NCBI GenBank assembly: GCA_964627635.1
Contig: CAZVKP010000001.1
Coordinates: forward strand, 1 to 49,436
From: an uncultured Calditrichaceae bacterium
GTDB lineage: Bacteria > Calditrichota > Calditrichia > RBG-13-44-9
Direction of reading: 5' to 3'
DNA: 49,436 bases
Below the pieces are notes generated by a model. It ran no database searches and was not told where the DNA came from. It saw only the letters and a list, made by a program, of their open reading frames with translations. Each line of letters starts with the position of its first letter. Position 1 is the first letter of the stretch. Shown piece after piece: positions 1 to 9,876 of the stretch. A program made the position numbers and the translations under genes.

Positions 1-1
1 G

Positions 2-925
2 GTAGACCTTTCAGCTCAAATGGCACTTTACGCGAAATACATGATGTTCATCACTAGTGAAATCGGCGCCGATTCGCTAAACAATGTCTATACACACCGT
101 TACCGATTATTGGTTCGGATTATCAATGGAAAAATGTGGGATAAAAATCACTCGTTTTATTATGATATTACATCTGAAGGGAAAAAAATATCAGCAAAAA
201 CCGTGGCTGCATTTTGGACATTGATGTCTGAGGTGGCTACTCTTCCGCAGGCCAGAAAGTTGGGAGAGCATTTGAACAACCCGGAGGAATTTTACCGCGC
301 ACACCTCTTTCCCACTTTATCTGCCGATCACCCGGATTATGACCCTGCCGGTCGTTACTGGCGTGGAGGTGTATATGCCCCCACAAACTACATGATTATC
401 AAAGGGTTGGATATGTACCCTTTAAGAGAACTGGCTGCCGCCGCAGCCCTGAATCATGTGGAAAATGTTTATCAGGTATATAAAGATTTTCAACCTGTTG
501 CAGACAATATTGCTGATGAAGAAAAAGACGGTGCTTATCAGACTATTTGGGAGTGTTATGCACCGGATACTATACAACCGGCAACACGTCAGAACGGCAA
601 ATTGCTCTGTCAGCAGGATTTTGTAGGTTCTTCCGGGTTAGGACCGATAGCTTTGTTGTTGGAAAATGTGATCGGTTTGCAACCGTCAGGTCCCCGGGAT
701 GAGCTGCACTGGAATCTGCGCTTGCGTGAAAAACACGGTGTGGAAAATTATAGTTTTGGGAATAACCGCACAGATATCATTTGTGAAACGAATAAATTGC
801 CGGTGGAGGCTGCTCAGATATTTATTAAGAGCAACAGCCCTTATAATTTGATCGTCTCATCTCAAGTGGGGGTGAAAACATTTGAAGTGAAAAAAGGCGA
901 AAACCGATTTATAATTAAGCTATAA
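2..925 (+). CDS. C-terminal part of an (alpha/alpha)6-barrel glycoside hydrolase (trehalase/GH63/MGH1-like); 5' end lies outside the window
   Basis: The frame is open from the window edge (no stop between nt 2 and the ATG at 20) to TAA at 923-925. Segments RYWRGGVYAPTNYMIIKGL and WECYAPD resemble the C-terminal barrel of trehalase/GH63-type enzymes. Confidence 0.5.
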   Translation, partial: VDLSAQMALYAKYMMFITSEIGADSLNNVYTHRYRLLVRIINGKMWDKNHSFYYDITSEGKKISAKTVAAFWTLMSEVATLPQARKLGEHLNNPEEFYRAHLFPTLSADHPDYDPAGRYWRGGVYAPTNYMIIKGLDMYPLRELAAAAALNHVENVYQVYKDFQPVADNIADEEKDGAYQTIWECYAPDTIQPATRQNGKLLCQQDFVGSSGLGPIALLLENVIGLQPSGPRDELHWNLRLREKHGVENYSFGNNRTDIICETNKLPVEAAQIFIKSNSPYNLIVSSQVGVKTFEVKKGENRFIIKL

Positions 926-1212
926 TGTGATTCGTAATCCTATTGTGGCTGTTTTTTGTGTTTTAATTTTCAATTATTTGTCTGTTTTTCAAGTTTTAAT
1001 TGAGTTTGAATTGAAAATTCTGAGTGGATTTATCAAAAGTAGGGTTTCATTCAGAACAAAATTTAATCCTCATTGTGCACGAAACTAAATTATTCTTGAT
1101 TTTTTTTAACCTTTATTGTATTATAATTGCCAGCAAATTATTGTTTTTCATCAGATAAATGAAGTTTGTTAGCTTGAATTATAGGTAACGGAGTTCTAAA
1201 ACTATTGAATTA

Positions 1213-2637
1213 ATGATAGGAGTCAGCCACATTAAAGTTAATAAAATAGCACTTGGTTCGGATCATTCCGGCTTCCAGCTAAAAGAAATTTTCAAAAAGT
1301 ACCTGGAAACACGTGGCTACCAGATTGTGGATTGTGGAACTCACAGCACCGAGCCTGTGGATTATCCACTTATTGCATACAAAGTTGCCAAACTTGTCTC
1401 CGACAATTCCTGCGAACGAGGTATTATGATCGATGGCGCCGGGATTGGATCTGCCATAACTGCTAACAAACTGCCAGGTGTACGGGCAACACTTTGTTAT
1501 GACTTTTCATCTGCTCGAAACAGCCGGGAGCATAATGATGCGAATTTCCTCACTTTGGGAGCTGGATTGATTGGTGAAGGGCTTGCCAAACAAATTGTTG
1601 AGCTTTGGTTAACAACCGACTGTACCACCGAAAGGTATCTTAAAAGAGTCCAACAAATCAAAGATATTGAAGAAGGAAAAATTACCGTGAACCAACTGCC
1701 AAATAATCCACCTGCAAAAGTTTCGCCTGCCCAAGAATCTAGTGAAATTCAGCCGGAAGAATTGCAAAAGATTGTCGATCGGATCCAATCTCTGTTAAAA
1801 GAAAAATTTGGTGTCTCCCTGAATGATCTTGACAATCTTCACCCTGCGGATGTAATGGATGGCCGTGGTGTGGGCGTCGAAAAAAATACCGGGGCTATGC
1901 GAGATTTTATTAATATGGGTGTAGGACGAGTGTCCTGTTCGCTTGGAAATGGAAAAGATATTCCGCAGGATATCGTTTGCTTTATTGATCACACTCTCCT
2001 AAAGCCGGCGGCTACCGAAACTGACATAAGCCAGTTGTGTGAAGAAGCGTTACAGTACCAATTTGCTTCTGTATGTGTGAATCCAAGTTATGTAAAGCTT
2101 GCAGCAGATATCATTAAACAGTCCCCGGTAAAGGTCTGTAGTGTTGTTGGATTCCCATTTGGTTCACATACACCTGAGGTAAAGGCTTTGGAAGCCCGGC
2201 AGGCTATACGACACGGCGCACGGGAAATTGATATGGTGATTAATATCGGTGCTCTGAAGAGTGGTAACGATGATTTGGTGTTTCGGGACATCCGTGCTGT
2301 TACGGAGGCTTGTGAGGACGGGAGTGCTCTTAGCAAAGTAATCCTCGAAACAGCACTTCTGAGCGATGAGGAAAAGATTCGGGGCTGCCAGATTGCTCGC
2401 CGGGCGAAAGCGGATTTTGTTAAAACTTCCACAGGCTTCGGGCCGGGTGGTGCCACTGCCCATGATGTGGCGTTAATGAGTGAAGCTGTGAAAGATTCAA
2501 AAATGGGTGTTAAAGCGTCGGGCGGTATCCGCAGTTATGCCGATGCCAAGAAAATGATTAGTGCCGGTGCAACCCGTATCGGAGCCAGTGCCGGTATTCA
2601 AATTGTGAAAGAAGCCAAGCATTTAACAGAGTCTTGA
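1213..2637 (+). CDS. Fusion protein: ribose-5-phosphate isomerase B (RpiB/LacAB) N-domain plus deoxyribose-phosphate aldolase (DeoC/DERA) C-domain, joined by a linker with an encapsulation-peptide-like helix
   Basis: N-terminal [14 protein letters not shown]...[17 protein letters not shown] matches the RpiB fold. C-terminal IDHTLLKP...VCVNP...VVGFPFG...EIDMVINIG...[10 protein letters not shown]...GVKASGGIR matches a class I DERA. Linker aa 181-200 ([20 protein letters not shown], nt 1753-1812) is preceded by a Pro/Ser/Gln low-complexity stretch. Confidence 0.85.
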   Translation: MIGVSHIKVNKIALGSDHSGFQLKEIFKKYLETRGYQIVDCGTHSTEPVDYPLIAYKVAKLVSDNSCERGIMIDGAGIGSAITANKLPGVRATLCYDFSSARNSREHNDANFLTLGAGLIGEGLAKQIVELWLTTDCTTERYLKRVQQIKDIEEGKITVNQLPNNPPAKVSPAQESSEIQPEELQKIVDRIQSLLKEKFGVSLNDLDNLHPADVMDGRGVGVEKNTGAMRDFINMGVGRVSCSLGNGKDIPQDIVCFIDHTLLKPAATETDISQLCEEALQYQFASVCVNPSYVKLAADIIKQSPVKVCSVVGFPFGSHTPEVKALEARQAIRHGAREIDMVINIGALKSGNDDLVFRDIRAVTEACEDGSALSKVILETALLSDEEKIRGCQIARRAKADFVKTSTGFGPGGATAHDVALMSEAVKDSKMGVKASGGIRSYADAKKMISAGATRIGASAGIQIVKEAKHLTES

Positions 2638-2700
2638 TTGTGACAAATAGAAATATTTAATCTTCAAGCAAGTGCTAACTATTTCATAGAGGAGCATGTT

Positions 2701-3330
2701 TTGGTAGATTTAAGATCTTATGTTTTTCTTGATAAACTTCAGCCGCAATATGCCGCATTTCTGGGGACTGTGGCTCAAGGATTCTTACCCATTGCCGGGA
2801 TGGCTTCACTGTATGTGGAAATTTCGCCTGGAATTGAAATAAATCGCATCACGGATATTGCACTGAAATCAACCCGTGTAACCCCGGGGATGCAGATTGT
2901 GGAACGTCTTTACGGCCTTTTGGAAATCCACTCCGAATCACAGGCGGATGTGCGACAGGCGGGGGCAGCAGTATTGCAAGCGTTGGAACTAAATGAACAG
3001 GATCGTCACAAACCGCGAGTGTTATCCAGTCAGGTGATTCGCCGTATGGACGATCACCAAACACAACTAATCAATCGAATGCGGCACGGCAACATGATTA
3101 TTCCCGGTCAAACTCTTTACGTAATGGAATTGGAGCCGGCGGCTTATGCGGCTTTGGCTGCGAATGAGGCGGAAAAAGCCGCCGAAATTAATATTCTGGA
3201 AGTGCGGGCATTTGGTAGCTTTGGGCGTGTATATTTAGGTGGTGAGGAAAGGGATATCGACGTTGCCTGGCGTGCAGCCCAATCGACCATTGAAAATGTA
3301 AGCGGCAGAGTTGTGGAAAAACGGAAGTAG
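2701..3330 (+). CDS. BMC shell protein, tandem-domain (BMC-T-like), TTG start
   Basis: Two BMC-like halves are present: [11 protein letters not shown]...[20 protein letters not shown] and [30 protein letters not shown]...[25 protein letters not shown] lies 7 nt upstream of the TTG. The gene sits inside the shell-gene cluster. Confidence 0.65.
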   Translation: MVDLRSYVFLDKLQPQYAAFLGTVAQGFLPIAGMASLYVEISPGIEINRITDIALKSTRVTPGMQIVERLYGLLEIHSESQADVRQAGAAVLQALELNEQDRHKPRVLSSQVIRRMDDHQTQLINRMRHGNMIIPGQTLYVMELEPAAYAALAANEAEKAAEINILEVRAFGSFGRVYLGGEERDIDVAWRAAQSTIENVSGRVVEKRK

Positions 3331-3340
3331 AAATATTTAT

Positions 3341-3420
3341 ACTGATCAGAATGCATATCGGGAGGATGGGGTTGAGGTTCATTTAAAATTAAAATTGTAT
3401 ATTTATTAATAAAGCTGACC
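3341..3420. repeat. Copy 1 of an 80-bp dispersed intergenic element (partner at 36165-36244)
   Basis: Manual ungapped alignment gives 73/80 identical positions between the two copies. Both are in the same orientation and lie about 70 nt upstream of a + strand gene. Confidence 0.85.
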
Positions 3421-3493
3421 TTATGATACAATTATTTTAAAATATTGATTAATAATTAAATTTATTAAATGATTAGTGAAGGAGGTAGTTCAA

Positions 3494-3808
3494 ATGGCAG
3501 AAGCGTTAGGACTGATTGAAACCCGCAGCTTTCCGGCGATGGTAGAAGCCGCGGATGCGATGGTAAAAGCAGCAAAAGTAGAACTGGTAAGTTATGAAAA
3601 TACCGGTGGTGGATATGTAACTGCCGTAATCCGGGGCGATGTGGCTGCAGTCCGGGCTGCATGTGAAGCAGGACAGGCCGGGGCATCCAAAGTTGGAGAG
3701 ATTATCGCTGTTCATATTATTGCGCGTCCGCATACCAATATTGATTTGGTTCTGCCGCTGGGCCGGAAAAAAGAAGCTGAGTCGGAGATGAAAAAGTCTT
3801 CAAAATAA
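3494..3808 (+). CDS. BMC-H shell protein (PduA/EutM/CcmK-type hexamer)
   Basis: MAEALGLIETRSFPAMVEAADAMVKAAKVELVSYENTGGGYVTAVIRGDVAAVRAACEAG is a canonical BMC domain. GAAGGAGG lies 8 nt upstream of the ATG at 3494, so the GTG at 3476 in the ORF track is probably not the start. Confidence 0.9.
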   Translation: MAEALGLIETRSFPAMVEAADAMVKAAKVELVSYENTGGGYVTAVIRGDVAAVRAACEAGQAGASKVGEIIAVHIIARPHTNIDLVLPLGRKKEAESEMKKSSK

Positions 3809-4024
3809 TTCTGCTTGAAGCGTATTCCCGACATTTTTTGGAACTGGCAGCAATATGTAAAATTGTGAAATAGATGAATATTTTTAATTCTCTTTTATTT
3901 CATCGATGACGTTAATGTTTGTTCCGAAAATGATTCCAATTTTTTGGTTGCAGGTTTTAATTTAGCCCATTATTGAGGATAATTAGGATAAGACTCCAAA
4001 ATGTGTTTTGTAAAAGGAGAATAA

Positions 4025-4324
4025 ATGGTTCTGGCAAAAGTCATCGGAACGGTGGTATCCACCAAGAAAGAACAAAGTATGGAGGGAATGAAATTCCTCC
4101 TGCTTAAAGCCGTTGATCTGGAGGGAAATCCGAGTGGCGGCCATGTAATTGCGGTGGATGCAGTTGGTGCGGGAGTGGGGGAAATGGTTTTATATGCATC
4201 CGGAAGCTCGGCTCGACAAACAATAATTACAAAAGATAAGCCGTGCGATGCAGTGATAATGGCGATTGTGGATAATTGGGAAACGGATGGCAAGATAAAA
4301 TATAAAAAGGGTGTGGATGATTGA
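4025..4324 (+). CDS. BMC-P vertex protein (EutN/CcmL/PduN family), paralog 1
   Basis: [15 protein letters not shown]...[25 protein letters not shown] is the typical EutN/CcmL signature. AAGGAG lies upstream. Confidence 0.9.
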   Translation: MVLAKVIGTVVSTKKEQSMEGMKFLLLKAVDLEGNPSGGHVIAVDAVGAGVGEMVLYASGSSARQTIITKDKPCDAVIMAIVDNWETDGKIKYKKGVDD

Positions 4325-4385
4325 TAACAATATCTCTTTCCCAATTAGAGTTAATTAACGAGCAAAATATCAGAGGTTTGACATA

Positions 4386-5828
4386 TTGAATAAACTTACC
4401 GATGAACAGATCGAACTCATTGCCCGTCAGGTTGTAACACGCATGAGTGAGAAGAGCGATTCAGGAAAACAGCCGTCAGACGATACCCGTTATGATGAAT
4501 TAAGTGTGGGTGTATTTCCTGATGTGAATTCTGCTGTGGATGCTGCACATAATGCCCAGAAACGCTTGATGGAACTGTCTTTGGAAAAGCGTGATGAAAT
4601 AATTAGTGCCATTCGGGAAAAAATGCTGGCGCATGCCGGGGAATTAGCAGCAGATGCAAATACCGAAACAGGTGTGGGTCGAACCGAAGATAAGGTCATT
4701 AAGAACCAACTGGTCACAAAGAAAACTCCAGGTACTGAAGACCTTCGAACGGCTGCGAAATCGGGGGATCGTGGACTTACCGTGTATGAACGTGCGCCTT
4801 ATGGTGTTGTTGGTGCTATTACCCCAAGTACAAATCCCACCTCCACAATTATTTGCAATACAATTGGTATGGTAGCTGCCGGCAATGGTGTGGTTTTTAA
4901 TGTTCACCCTTCTGCCAAAAATGTTTCCGTTAAAAATATTTATTTGATTAACCAGGCTATTATTGAAGCAGGTGGTCCTGCAAATCTGGTGAGCACTGTG
5001 GCGAATCCGACAATTGAAAGTGCTCAGGAGTTGATGCAGCATCGTCGAGTGAGAATATTGGTTATTACCGGTGGAGCCGGGGTTGTGAGAGAAGCCATGC
5101 GGAGTGGCAAACGGGCAATTTGTGCAGGGCCGGGTAATCCACCTGTGGTTGTTGACGAAACTGCGGATCTGGAGAAAGCGGCACGTGATATTGTCTTTGG
5201 AGCTTCGTTCGATAACAATGTAATTTGCACTGACGAAAAAGAGGTTTTTGCAGTTGCCACAATTGCAGATCGTCTGATCCGGGAAATGACCCGGCATAAG
5301 GCTGTGTTGTTAACCCCGGTGCAGGTTCGTCAACTGGACAGAGTCATTTTTAACGAGACCAAAGGTCCGGGAAAACCGGGAGTCATTAACCGTGACCTGA
5401 TTGGCAAAAATGCGGGTGTTATTTTATCGAAAATTGGTGTAACAGCCGGCGATGATATCAGACTGGTAATAGCAGAGGTGGAGAAAGATCATCCGTTGGT
5501 CTGGACCGAACAGATGATGCCGGTGCTCCCGGTGGTAAAAGTTTCAAATGCGGATGAAGCCATTGATTTGGCTATTCGGGCGGAGCACGGTTTTGGGCAT
5601 ACCGCAGTCATGCATTCACGCAATATTGATAACTTGAGCCGTATGGCACGGGAAATCGATTGTAGTATTTTCGTTAAGAATGGTCCGACACTGGCAGGCT
5701 TGGGGTACGGTGGAGAGGGATACTGTTCGTTTTCCATTGCCAGTCCCACTGGGGAAGGGATGACCGGACCACACAGCTTTACCCGTGAAAGACGATGCGT
5801 TCTGGTTGATCATTTTCGGATTGTTTAA
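4386..5828 (+). CDS. CoA-acylating aldehyde dehydrogenase (PduP/EutE-like) with an N-terminal encapsulation peptide; TTG start
   Basis: ALDH-fold motifs are present, including the FDNNVICTDEKE catalytic-Cys region and GGAGVV. The N-terminal LTDEQIELIARQVVTRM (nt 4395-4445) is an amphipathic helix followed by a polar linker, as in BMC cargo enzymes. Confidence 0.85.
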   Translation: MNKLTDEQIELIARQVVTRMSEKSDSGKQPSDDTRYDELSVGVFPDVNSAVDAAHNAQKRLMELSLEKRDEIISAIREKMLAHAGELAADANTETGVGRTEDKVIKNQLVTKKTPGTEDLRTAAKSGDRGLTVYERAPYGVVGAITPSTNPTSTIICNTIGMVAAGNGVVFNVHPSAKNVSVKNIYLINQAIIEAGGPANLVSTVANPTIESAQELMQHRRVRILVITGGAGVVREAMRSGKRAICAGPGNPPVVVDETADLEKAARDIVFGASFDNNVICTDEKEVFAVATIADRLIREMTRHKAVLLTPVQVRQLDRVIFNETKGPGKPGVINRDLIGKNAGVILSKIGVTAGDDIRLVIAEVEKDHPLVWTEQMMPVLPVVKVSNADEAIDLAIRAEHGFGHTAVMHSRNIDNLSRMAREIDCSIFVKNGPTLAGLGYGGEGYCSFSIASPTGEGMTGPHSFTRERRCVLVDHFRIV

Positions 5829-5910
5829 CATTTTAGGTTGACGTAATGAGTCCTTTTTCAGACAGTGAATAACGAAATTTTACAATAGAACATATCCGTA
5901 AGGAATTTAA

Positions 5911-6543
5911 ATGGATCAAGTATCAGATTTGCAGAAAACATATCCGGCTATAGCATTGATTGAATTCAACAATCTTGCAGATGGTCTCACCGCTGGTGAC
6001 GCCATAGTCAAAAAAGCACCGATTGCCATGTTAAAGTCGGGAACGGTAAGTCAGGGGAAATTTTTAGTCCTTATTGGCGGAACAACTGCTTCCGTGCGGG
6101 AATCCTTCCGGGAAGGTCTGAATGTTGGCGCTCAAAGTGTAATCGATTCATTGTTTCTTCCGGATATTCATCCTCAGGTGCATCAGGCAATTTTAGGTGA
6201 AAAAAGGTCGATTTCGGGAGATGCATTAGGCATTGTAGAAACCACTACGGTTGCTGCTATTCTGCAGGTTGCAGATCCCGGGGTGAAGGGGGCAGACGTT
6301 GATATCGTTGAAATGCGGTTGGCGGATGGTTATGGGGGAAAAGGTTACACCTTGTTTACCGGTAAAGTAGAAGAAGTGGAGGCAGCCATCGAAATTGGCT
6401 GCGGTACCTTACAACAGGATCGCAGGGTAACTGTTTACAAAAGAGTGATCCCACTAATCCATCGGGATATGATTCATGAATTGGAAAGTAGTTTACGATT
6501 TAGTCAATCCCAAAAGCTAAATCTTGCGGACGGAGAAAAGTAA
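5911..6543 (+). CDS. BMC-T shell protein (tandem BMC domains, PduT-like)
   Basis: Domain 1 is IALIEFNNLADGLTAGDAIVKKAPIAML...FLVLIGGTTASV. Domain 2 is ALGIVETTTVAAILQVADPGVKGADVDIVEMRL...GYTLFTGKVEEVEAAIEIG. Confidence 0.8.
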   Translation: MDQVSDLQKTYPAIALIEFNNLADGLTAGDAIVKKAPIAMLKSGTVSQGKFLVLIGGTTASVRESFREGLNVGAQSVIDSLFLPDIHPQVHQAILGEKRSISGDALGIVETTTVAAILQVADPGVKGADVDIVEMRLADGYGGKGYTLFTGKVEEVEAAIEIGCGTLQQDRRVTVYKRVIPLIHRDMIHELESSLRFSQSQKLNLADGEK

Positions 6544-6544
6544 T

Positions 6545-6829
6545 ATGTTGCTCGGAAAAGTTCTCGGCACAGTTACACCAAGTTTAGTTTACCAAGGATT
6601 AGAAGGTGTTCCCTTCTTAATTATACAGCCACTGAATAAAACACAAAAGCCGGAAGGCAAACCACTCATTGCAGCAGATTCCACCCGCATGGCGGGACCC
6701 GGAGAGTTAATCTACTATGAAGGTGGCAGGGAAGCGGCACTGGCGCTCGATCCCTGGTTTGTTCCGGTAGATCACACCATTGTGGGAATTGTGGATGAAG
6801 TTAATATAAACCAGCAGGAGAATGAATAG
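6545..6829 (+). CDS. BMC-P vertex protein (EutN/CcmL family), paralog 2
   Basis: MLLGKVLGTVTPS...LIAADSTRMAGPGELIYYEGGREAA fits the family. The ATG at 6545 lies 2 nt after the BMC-T stop. Confidence 0.8.
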   Translation: MLLGKVLGTVTPSLVYQGLEGVPFLIIQPLNKTQKPEGKPLIAADSTRMAGPGELIYYEGGREAALALDPWFVPVDHTIVGIVDEVNINQQENE

Positions 6830-7167
6830 TGAAATTAGGTAAAGTTGTCGGCGACATAGTTTCTACCATTAACCATCCCTTTTATGATCATAAAAAACTG
6901 CTTGTTGTTGATCAAATCAAACCGTCAGGTGAGCCGAAAGGCAGTTATTTAATTGCGGTGGATTCCGTTGGAGCGGGAGTTGGAGAAACTGTTTTAGTGA
7001 TTGATGAAGGGAACTCTGCCAGACAGATTGCCAATACCCCCGGAGCTCCTGTGCGTTCAATTATCATGGGTATCGTGGATGAAGTACAATTTAGTCAAGT
7101 TTTCATTAACACCGGGCTTAAGCCCGGTGTTAATGGGAACCACCTTTCTACCACCGAACCGTTTTAA
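6829..7167 (+). CDS. BMC-P vertex protein (EutN/CcmL family), paralog 3, with a ~25-aa C-terminal extension; GTG start overlaps the previous stop
   Basis: MKLGKVVGDIVSTINHP...LIAVDSVGAGVGETVLVIDEGNSARQ fits the family. The GTG at 6829 overlaps the last base of the preceding TAG. Confidence 0.8.
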   Translation: MKLGKVVGDIVSTINHPFYDHKKLLVVDQIKPSGEPKGSYLIAVDSVGAGVGETVLVIDEGNSARQIANTPGAPVRSIIMGIVDEVQFSQVFINTGLKPGVNGNHLSTTEPF

Positions 7168-7485
7168 CGGTTTCTTCAGAATTTTATCTCACTGGCGTAC
7201 AAAGACAACCGGATATTACGACTAAGTCAGGATATCTGAATTTGTTGTAATGCCTACATAAGAATTGATTAGATTTTCGTTTTAAATACGGATTGATATT
7301 TTTTTACTAAAATTGGAAAGCACTACTAAACACCGCTATTTGTCTACTGGCACGGATACTACCAAATCTAAAAAATATTCCCTTCTAAAAATTTTAAAAA
7401 CTTGCTTTATTTTTAATGAATTGTTAAATTGAATTTAATTTGTTAGTAATTATTTGTTATTTCTAAACTTAACTATGATTTTTAG

Positions 7486-8340
7486 ATGATAGGACAACGG
7501 ACTTTCCATCATTTATCTCCTCATCAGTCACTCGAAAAATATTTATCTGACATCAGTCAGATCCCCCTGATTGATGCAGAAGAAGAGGTTCAACTCACCA
7601 TTCGCATCCGCCAAAACGACCAGGAAGCTCTCAACATTTTGGTGCGGTCGAATTTACGTTTTGTGGTAAAAGTTGCCAAAGAATACCAGAATCAGGGATT
7701 GCCTCTCATGGATTTAATCAATGAAGGAAATCTGGGACTCATTAAAGCCGCAAAACGATTTGATGAAACCCGTGGATTTCGATTCATATCTTATGCAGTG
7801 TGGTGGATTCGTCAATCAATTTTGCAAGCGTTGGCAGAGCAGGCACGGGTAGTAAGACTCCCCTTGAACCGGGTTGGACTCATAAACAAAGTAAATCAGA
7901 TTATCAGAGAACTTGAGCAGGAATACAATCGGGAACCCACAACAGACGAAATATCAAATATCCTCAAAATTCCCAGCGCGGATATTAAGAAAGCATTAAG
8001 CAATGGAAGCTTTCATCTATCCCTCGATCAACCGTTTTCCAATGCCGGTGAAGGAAACATGAAGGATTTGCTATCGAATCCCAATTCTCAAATGCCGGAT
8101 GCAGATTTAATTAAAGAATCCTTGAGTATGGAAGTTAGACGGGTATTGAAGACCCTGTCCCCTCGTGAAGAAGAAGTGATCAAAATGTATTTCGGAGTTG
8201 ATATTGAGCGCCCATTAACTTTGGAAGAAATTGGAGATCGCTTAAATTTAACCCGGGAACGAGTCCGCCAGATCAAAGAACGAGCGCTTGTTCGATTGCG
8301 GCATCAGTCCCGTTCACAAAATCTAAGGTTGTTTCTGTAA
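7486..8340 (+). CDS. rpoD: Sigma-70 family sigma factor, probably the short FCB/Bacteroidetes-type primary sigma
   Basis: Region 2 reads DLINEGNLGLIKAAKRFD...FISYAVWWIRQSILQAL and region 4.2 reads LTLEEIGDRLNLTRERVRQIKERAL. At about 284 aa it lacks region 1.1, like Bacteroidetes SigA. Confidence 0.8.
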   Translation: MIGQRTFHHLSPHQSLEKYLSDISQIPLIDAEEEVQLTIRIRQNDQEALNILVRSNLRFVVKVAKEYQNQGLPLMDLINEGNLGLIKAAKRFDETRGFRFISYAVWWIRQSILQALAEQARVVRLPLNRVGLINKVNQIIRELEQEYNREPTTDEISNILKIPSADIKKALSNGSFHLSLDQPFSNAGEGNMKDLLSNPNSQMPDADLIKESLSMEVRRVLKTLSPREEEVIKMYFGVDIERPLTLEEIGDRLNLTRERVRQIKERALVRLRHQSRSQNLRLFL

Positions 8341-8386
8341 CCCTTTATAGTTATTTTCACAACCACTTAATTATCTGGAGGTTGAA

Positions 8387-9745
8387 GTGTCGAAGAATTT
8401 AATGACCAGTGTTTCTGGTGTTCGCGGAATTATCGGAGAAAGCCTTACACCTGAGGTGATTGTGAAATATACATCTGCTTTTGGTCAGAGATTGCAGGGA
8501 CAAAAAGTAGTGGTAGGTGGCGATCCCCGAATCAGTTTCCGATTTATTTTCCCTTTAGTGAAAAGCACCTTAGTTGCCTGTGGATGCGACGTGGTGGATA
8601 TCGGGATAGCGTCAACTCCCACCGTAGAACTTGTAGTCGAAAAAATGCAGTGTGGGGGTGGGCTTGCCATCACGGCCAGCCACAATCCGATTCAATGGAA
8701 TGGACTCAAATTTATTGGTCCGGATGGAATGTTTCTGCCCGAGAAAGAAATATTTACCTTATTCAATGAAGCGGATTCGAAAAAAAGGGCTTATGTTAAT
8801 TATGATAAATTGGGAAAAGAGGAATCTTATGATAAAGCCATTGACGACCACCTGAAATTAATTTATGAGTTGCCTTATATTAAAATTGATGAGATTCAAA
8901 AGAAAAAATTCAAAATTGTATTGGATTGTGTAAATGGTGCTGGCGGCACTATTATTCCCAGAATGTTAAAAGACTTGGGCTGTGAGGTAATAGAACTAAA
9001 TACCGAATTATCTGGTATTTTTGCACATGCCCCTGAACCGGTTGCTCAAAATCTGGTAGATCTTGCAGTGGCTGTCAAGGAAAATAATGCTGATTTGGGA
9101 ATTGCTGTGGATCCGGATGTGGACCGTCTGGCAATTATTGCCAATGACGGAAATCCGTTAGGGGAGGAGTACACATTAGCACTGGCAGTCAAGTTTTTAT
9201 TAAGTAAAAAATTGGGGTATGTGGTGGTTAATCTTTCCACTTCCCGTGTAATTGATGATATCGTACAATATTATAATGTGCTGCTGTTTAAAACAAAAGT
9301 GGGCGAAATTAATGTCTCTCAAAGGATGAAAGAAGTGGAAGCGGTGATTGGTGGAGAAGGCAACGGAGGCGTTATTCTTCCTGATGTCCATCTGGGGCGG
9401 GATGCACCGGTAGGTGTGGCACTCATTCTCCAGGCATTGGCAGAATTCGATGGAACTATCGCCCAGTTGAAACAAAGCTTACCCCAATTTTATATTTTGA
9501 AGGATAAAGAAAATATAAAAAATATCGATGCGGACCGGGTAATTGAACATTTTGCTGAAAAGTATAAAGATGAGCAATTGGATTTGACTGATGGATTGAG
9601 AATTGACCGGGCGGATTCCTGGATTCATATCCGTAAATCCAACACCGAGCCCATTGTTCGCCTTATCGTGGAAAGCCGGACGCCGGAAATTTCCTGGCGA
9701 ATTCTGCAGGAAGTAAAAGAAGAAATCAAGGGATTACAGGTATAA
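8387..9745 (+). CDS. glmM: Alpha-D-phosphohexomutase family enzyme; most resembles FCB-type phosphoglucosamine mutase, but PMM/PGM or phosphopentomutase activity cannot be excluded
   Basis: The active-site loop TASHNP, the metal loop GIAVDPDVDR and the sugar loop GGEGNGG are present. The N-terminal SGVRGIIGESLTPE is typical of Bacteroidetes-type GlmM. GTG start with GGAGG upstream. Confidence 0.7.
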   Translation: MSKNLMTSVSGVRGIIGESLTPEVIVKYTSAFGQRLQGQKVVVGGDPRISFRFIFPLVKSTLVACGCDVVDIGIASTPTVELVVEKMQCGGGLAITASHNPIQWNGLKFIGPDGMFLPEKEIFTLFNEADSKKRAYVNYDKLGKEESYDKAIDDHLKLIYELPYIKIDEIQKKKFKIVLDCVNGAGGTIIPRMLKDLGCEVIELNTELSGIFAHAPEPVAQNLVDLAVAVKENNADLGIAVDPDVDRLAIIANDGNPLGEEYTLALAVKFLLSKKLGYVVVNLSTSRVIDDIVQYYNVLLFKTKVGEINVSQRMKEVEAVIGGEGNGGVILPDVHLGRDAPVGVALILQALAEFDGTIAQLKQSLPQFYILKDKENIKNIDADRVIEHFAEKYKDEQLDLTDGLRIDRADSWIHIRKSNTEPIVRLIVESRTPEISWRILQEVKEEIKGLQV

Positions 9746-9814
9746 TTAAAAATACGATGATCGGAGTCTTATTTATAAAAACTGAATACTTAGAATATTC
9801 CTTTAAAAATTGAG

Positions 9815-9846
9815 AGGGCGGCGCTTTTGTCGCCCTTATACTTTTT
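9815..9846 (+). terminator. Rho-independent terminator-like hairpin after the mutase gene
   Basis: The stem AGGGCG/CGCCCT has a 10-nt loop and is followed by TATACTTTTT. Confidence 0.4.
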
Positions 9847-9876
9847 GTATGATACACAGAAAATTTAATAATTGAT

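Noticed and set aside
4644-5297. A 217-aa ORF on the minus strand, with several shorter ones, inside the aldehyde dehydrogenase gene
   Set aside because: It is antisense to a gene with clear ALDH motifs and has low-complexity, Cys/Asn-rich composition with no recognisable family. This is a typical shadow ORF. The same reasoning applies to 2088-2456, 10252-10659, 30044-30475, 41087-41401 and the other minus-strand ORFs nested in confident plus-strand genes.
7486-8340. The sigma factor as a dedicated regulator of the adjacent BMC locus
   Set aside because: Regions 2 and 4 are near-canonical, and the length and sequence (FISYAVWWIRQSILQAL) match the short primary sigma of FCB bacteria. It is more likely housekeeping rpoD than a pathway-specific sigma.
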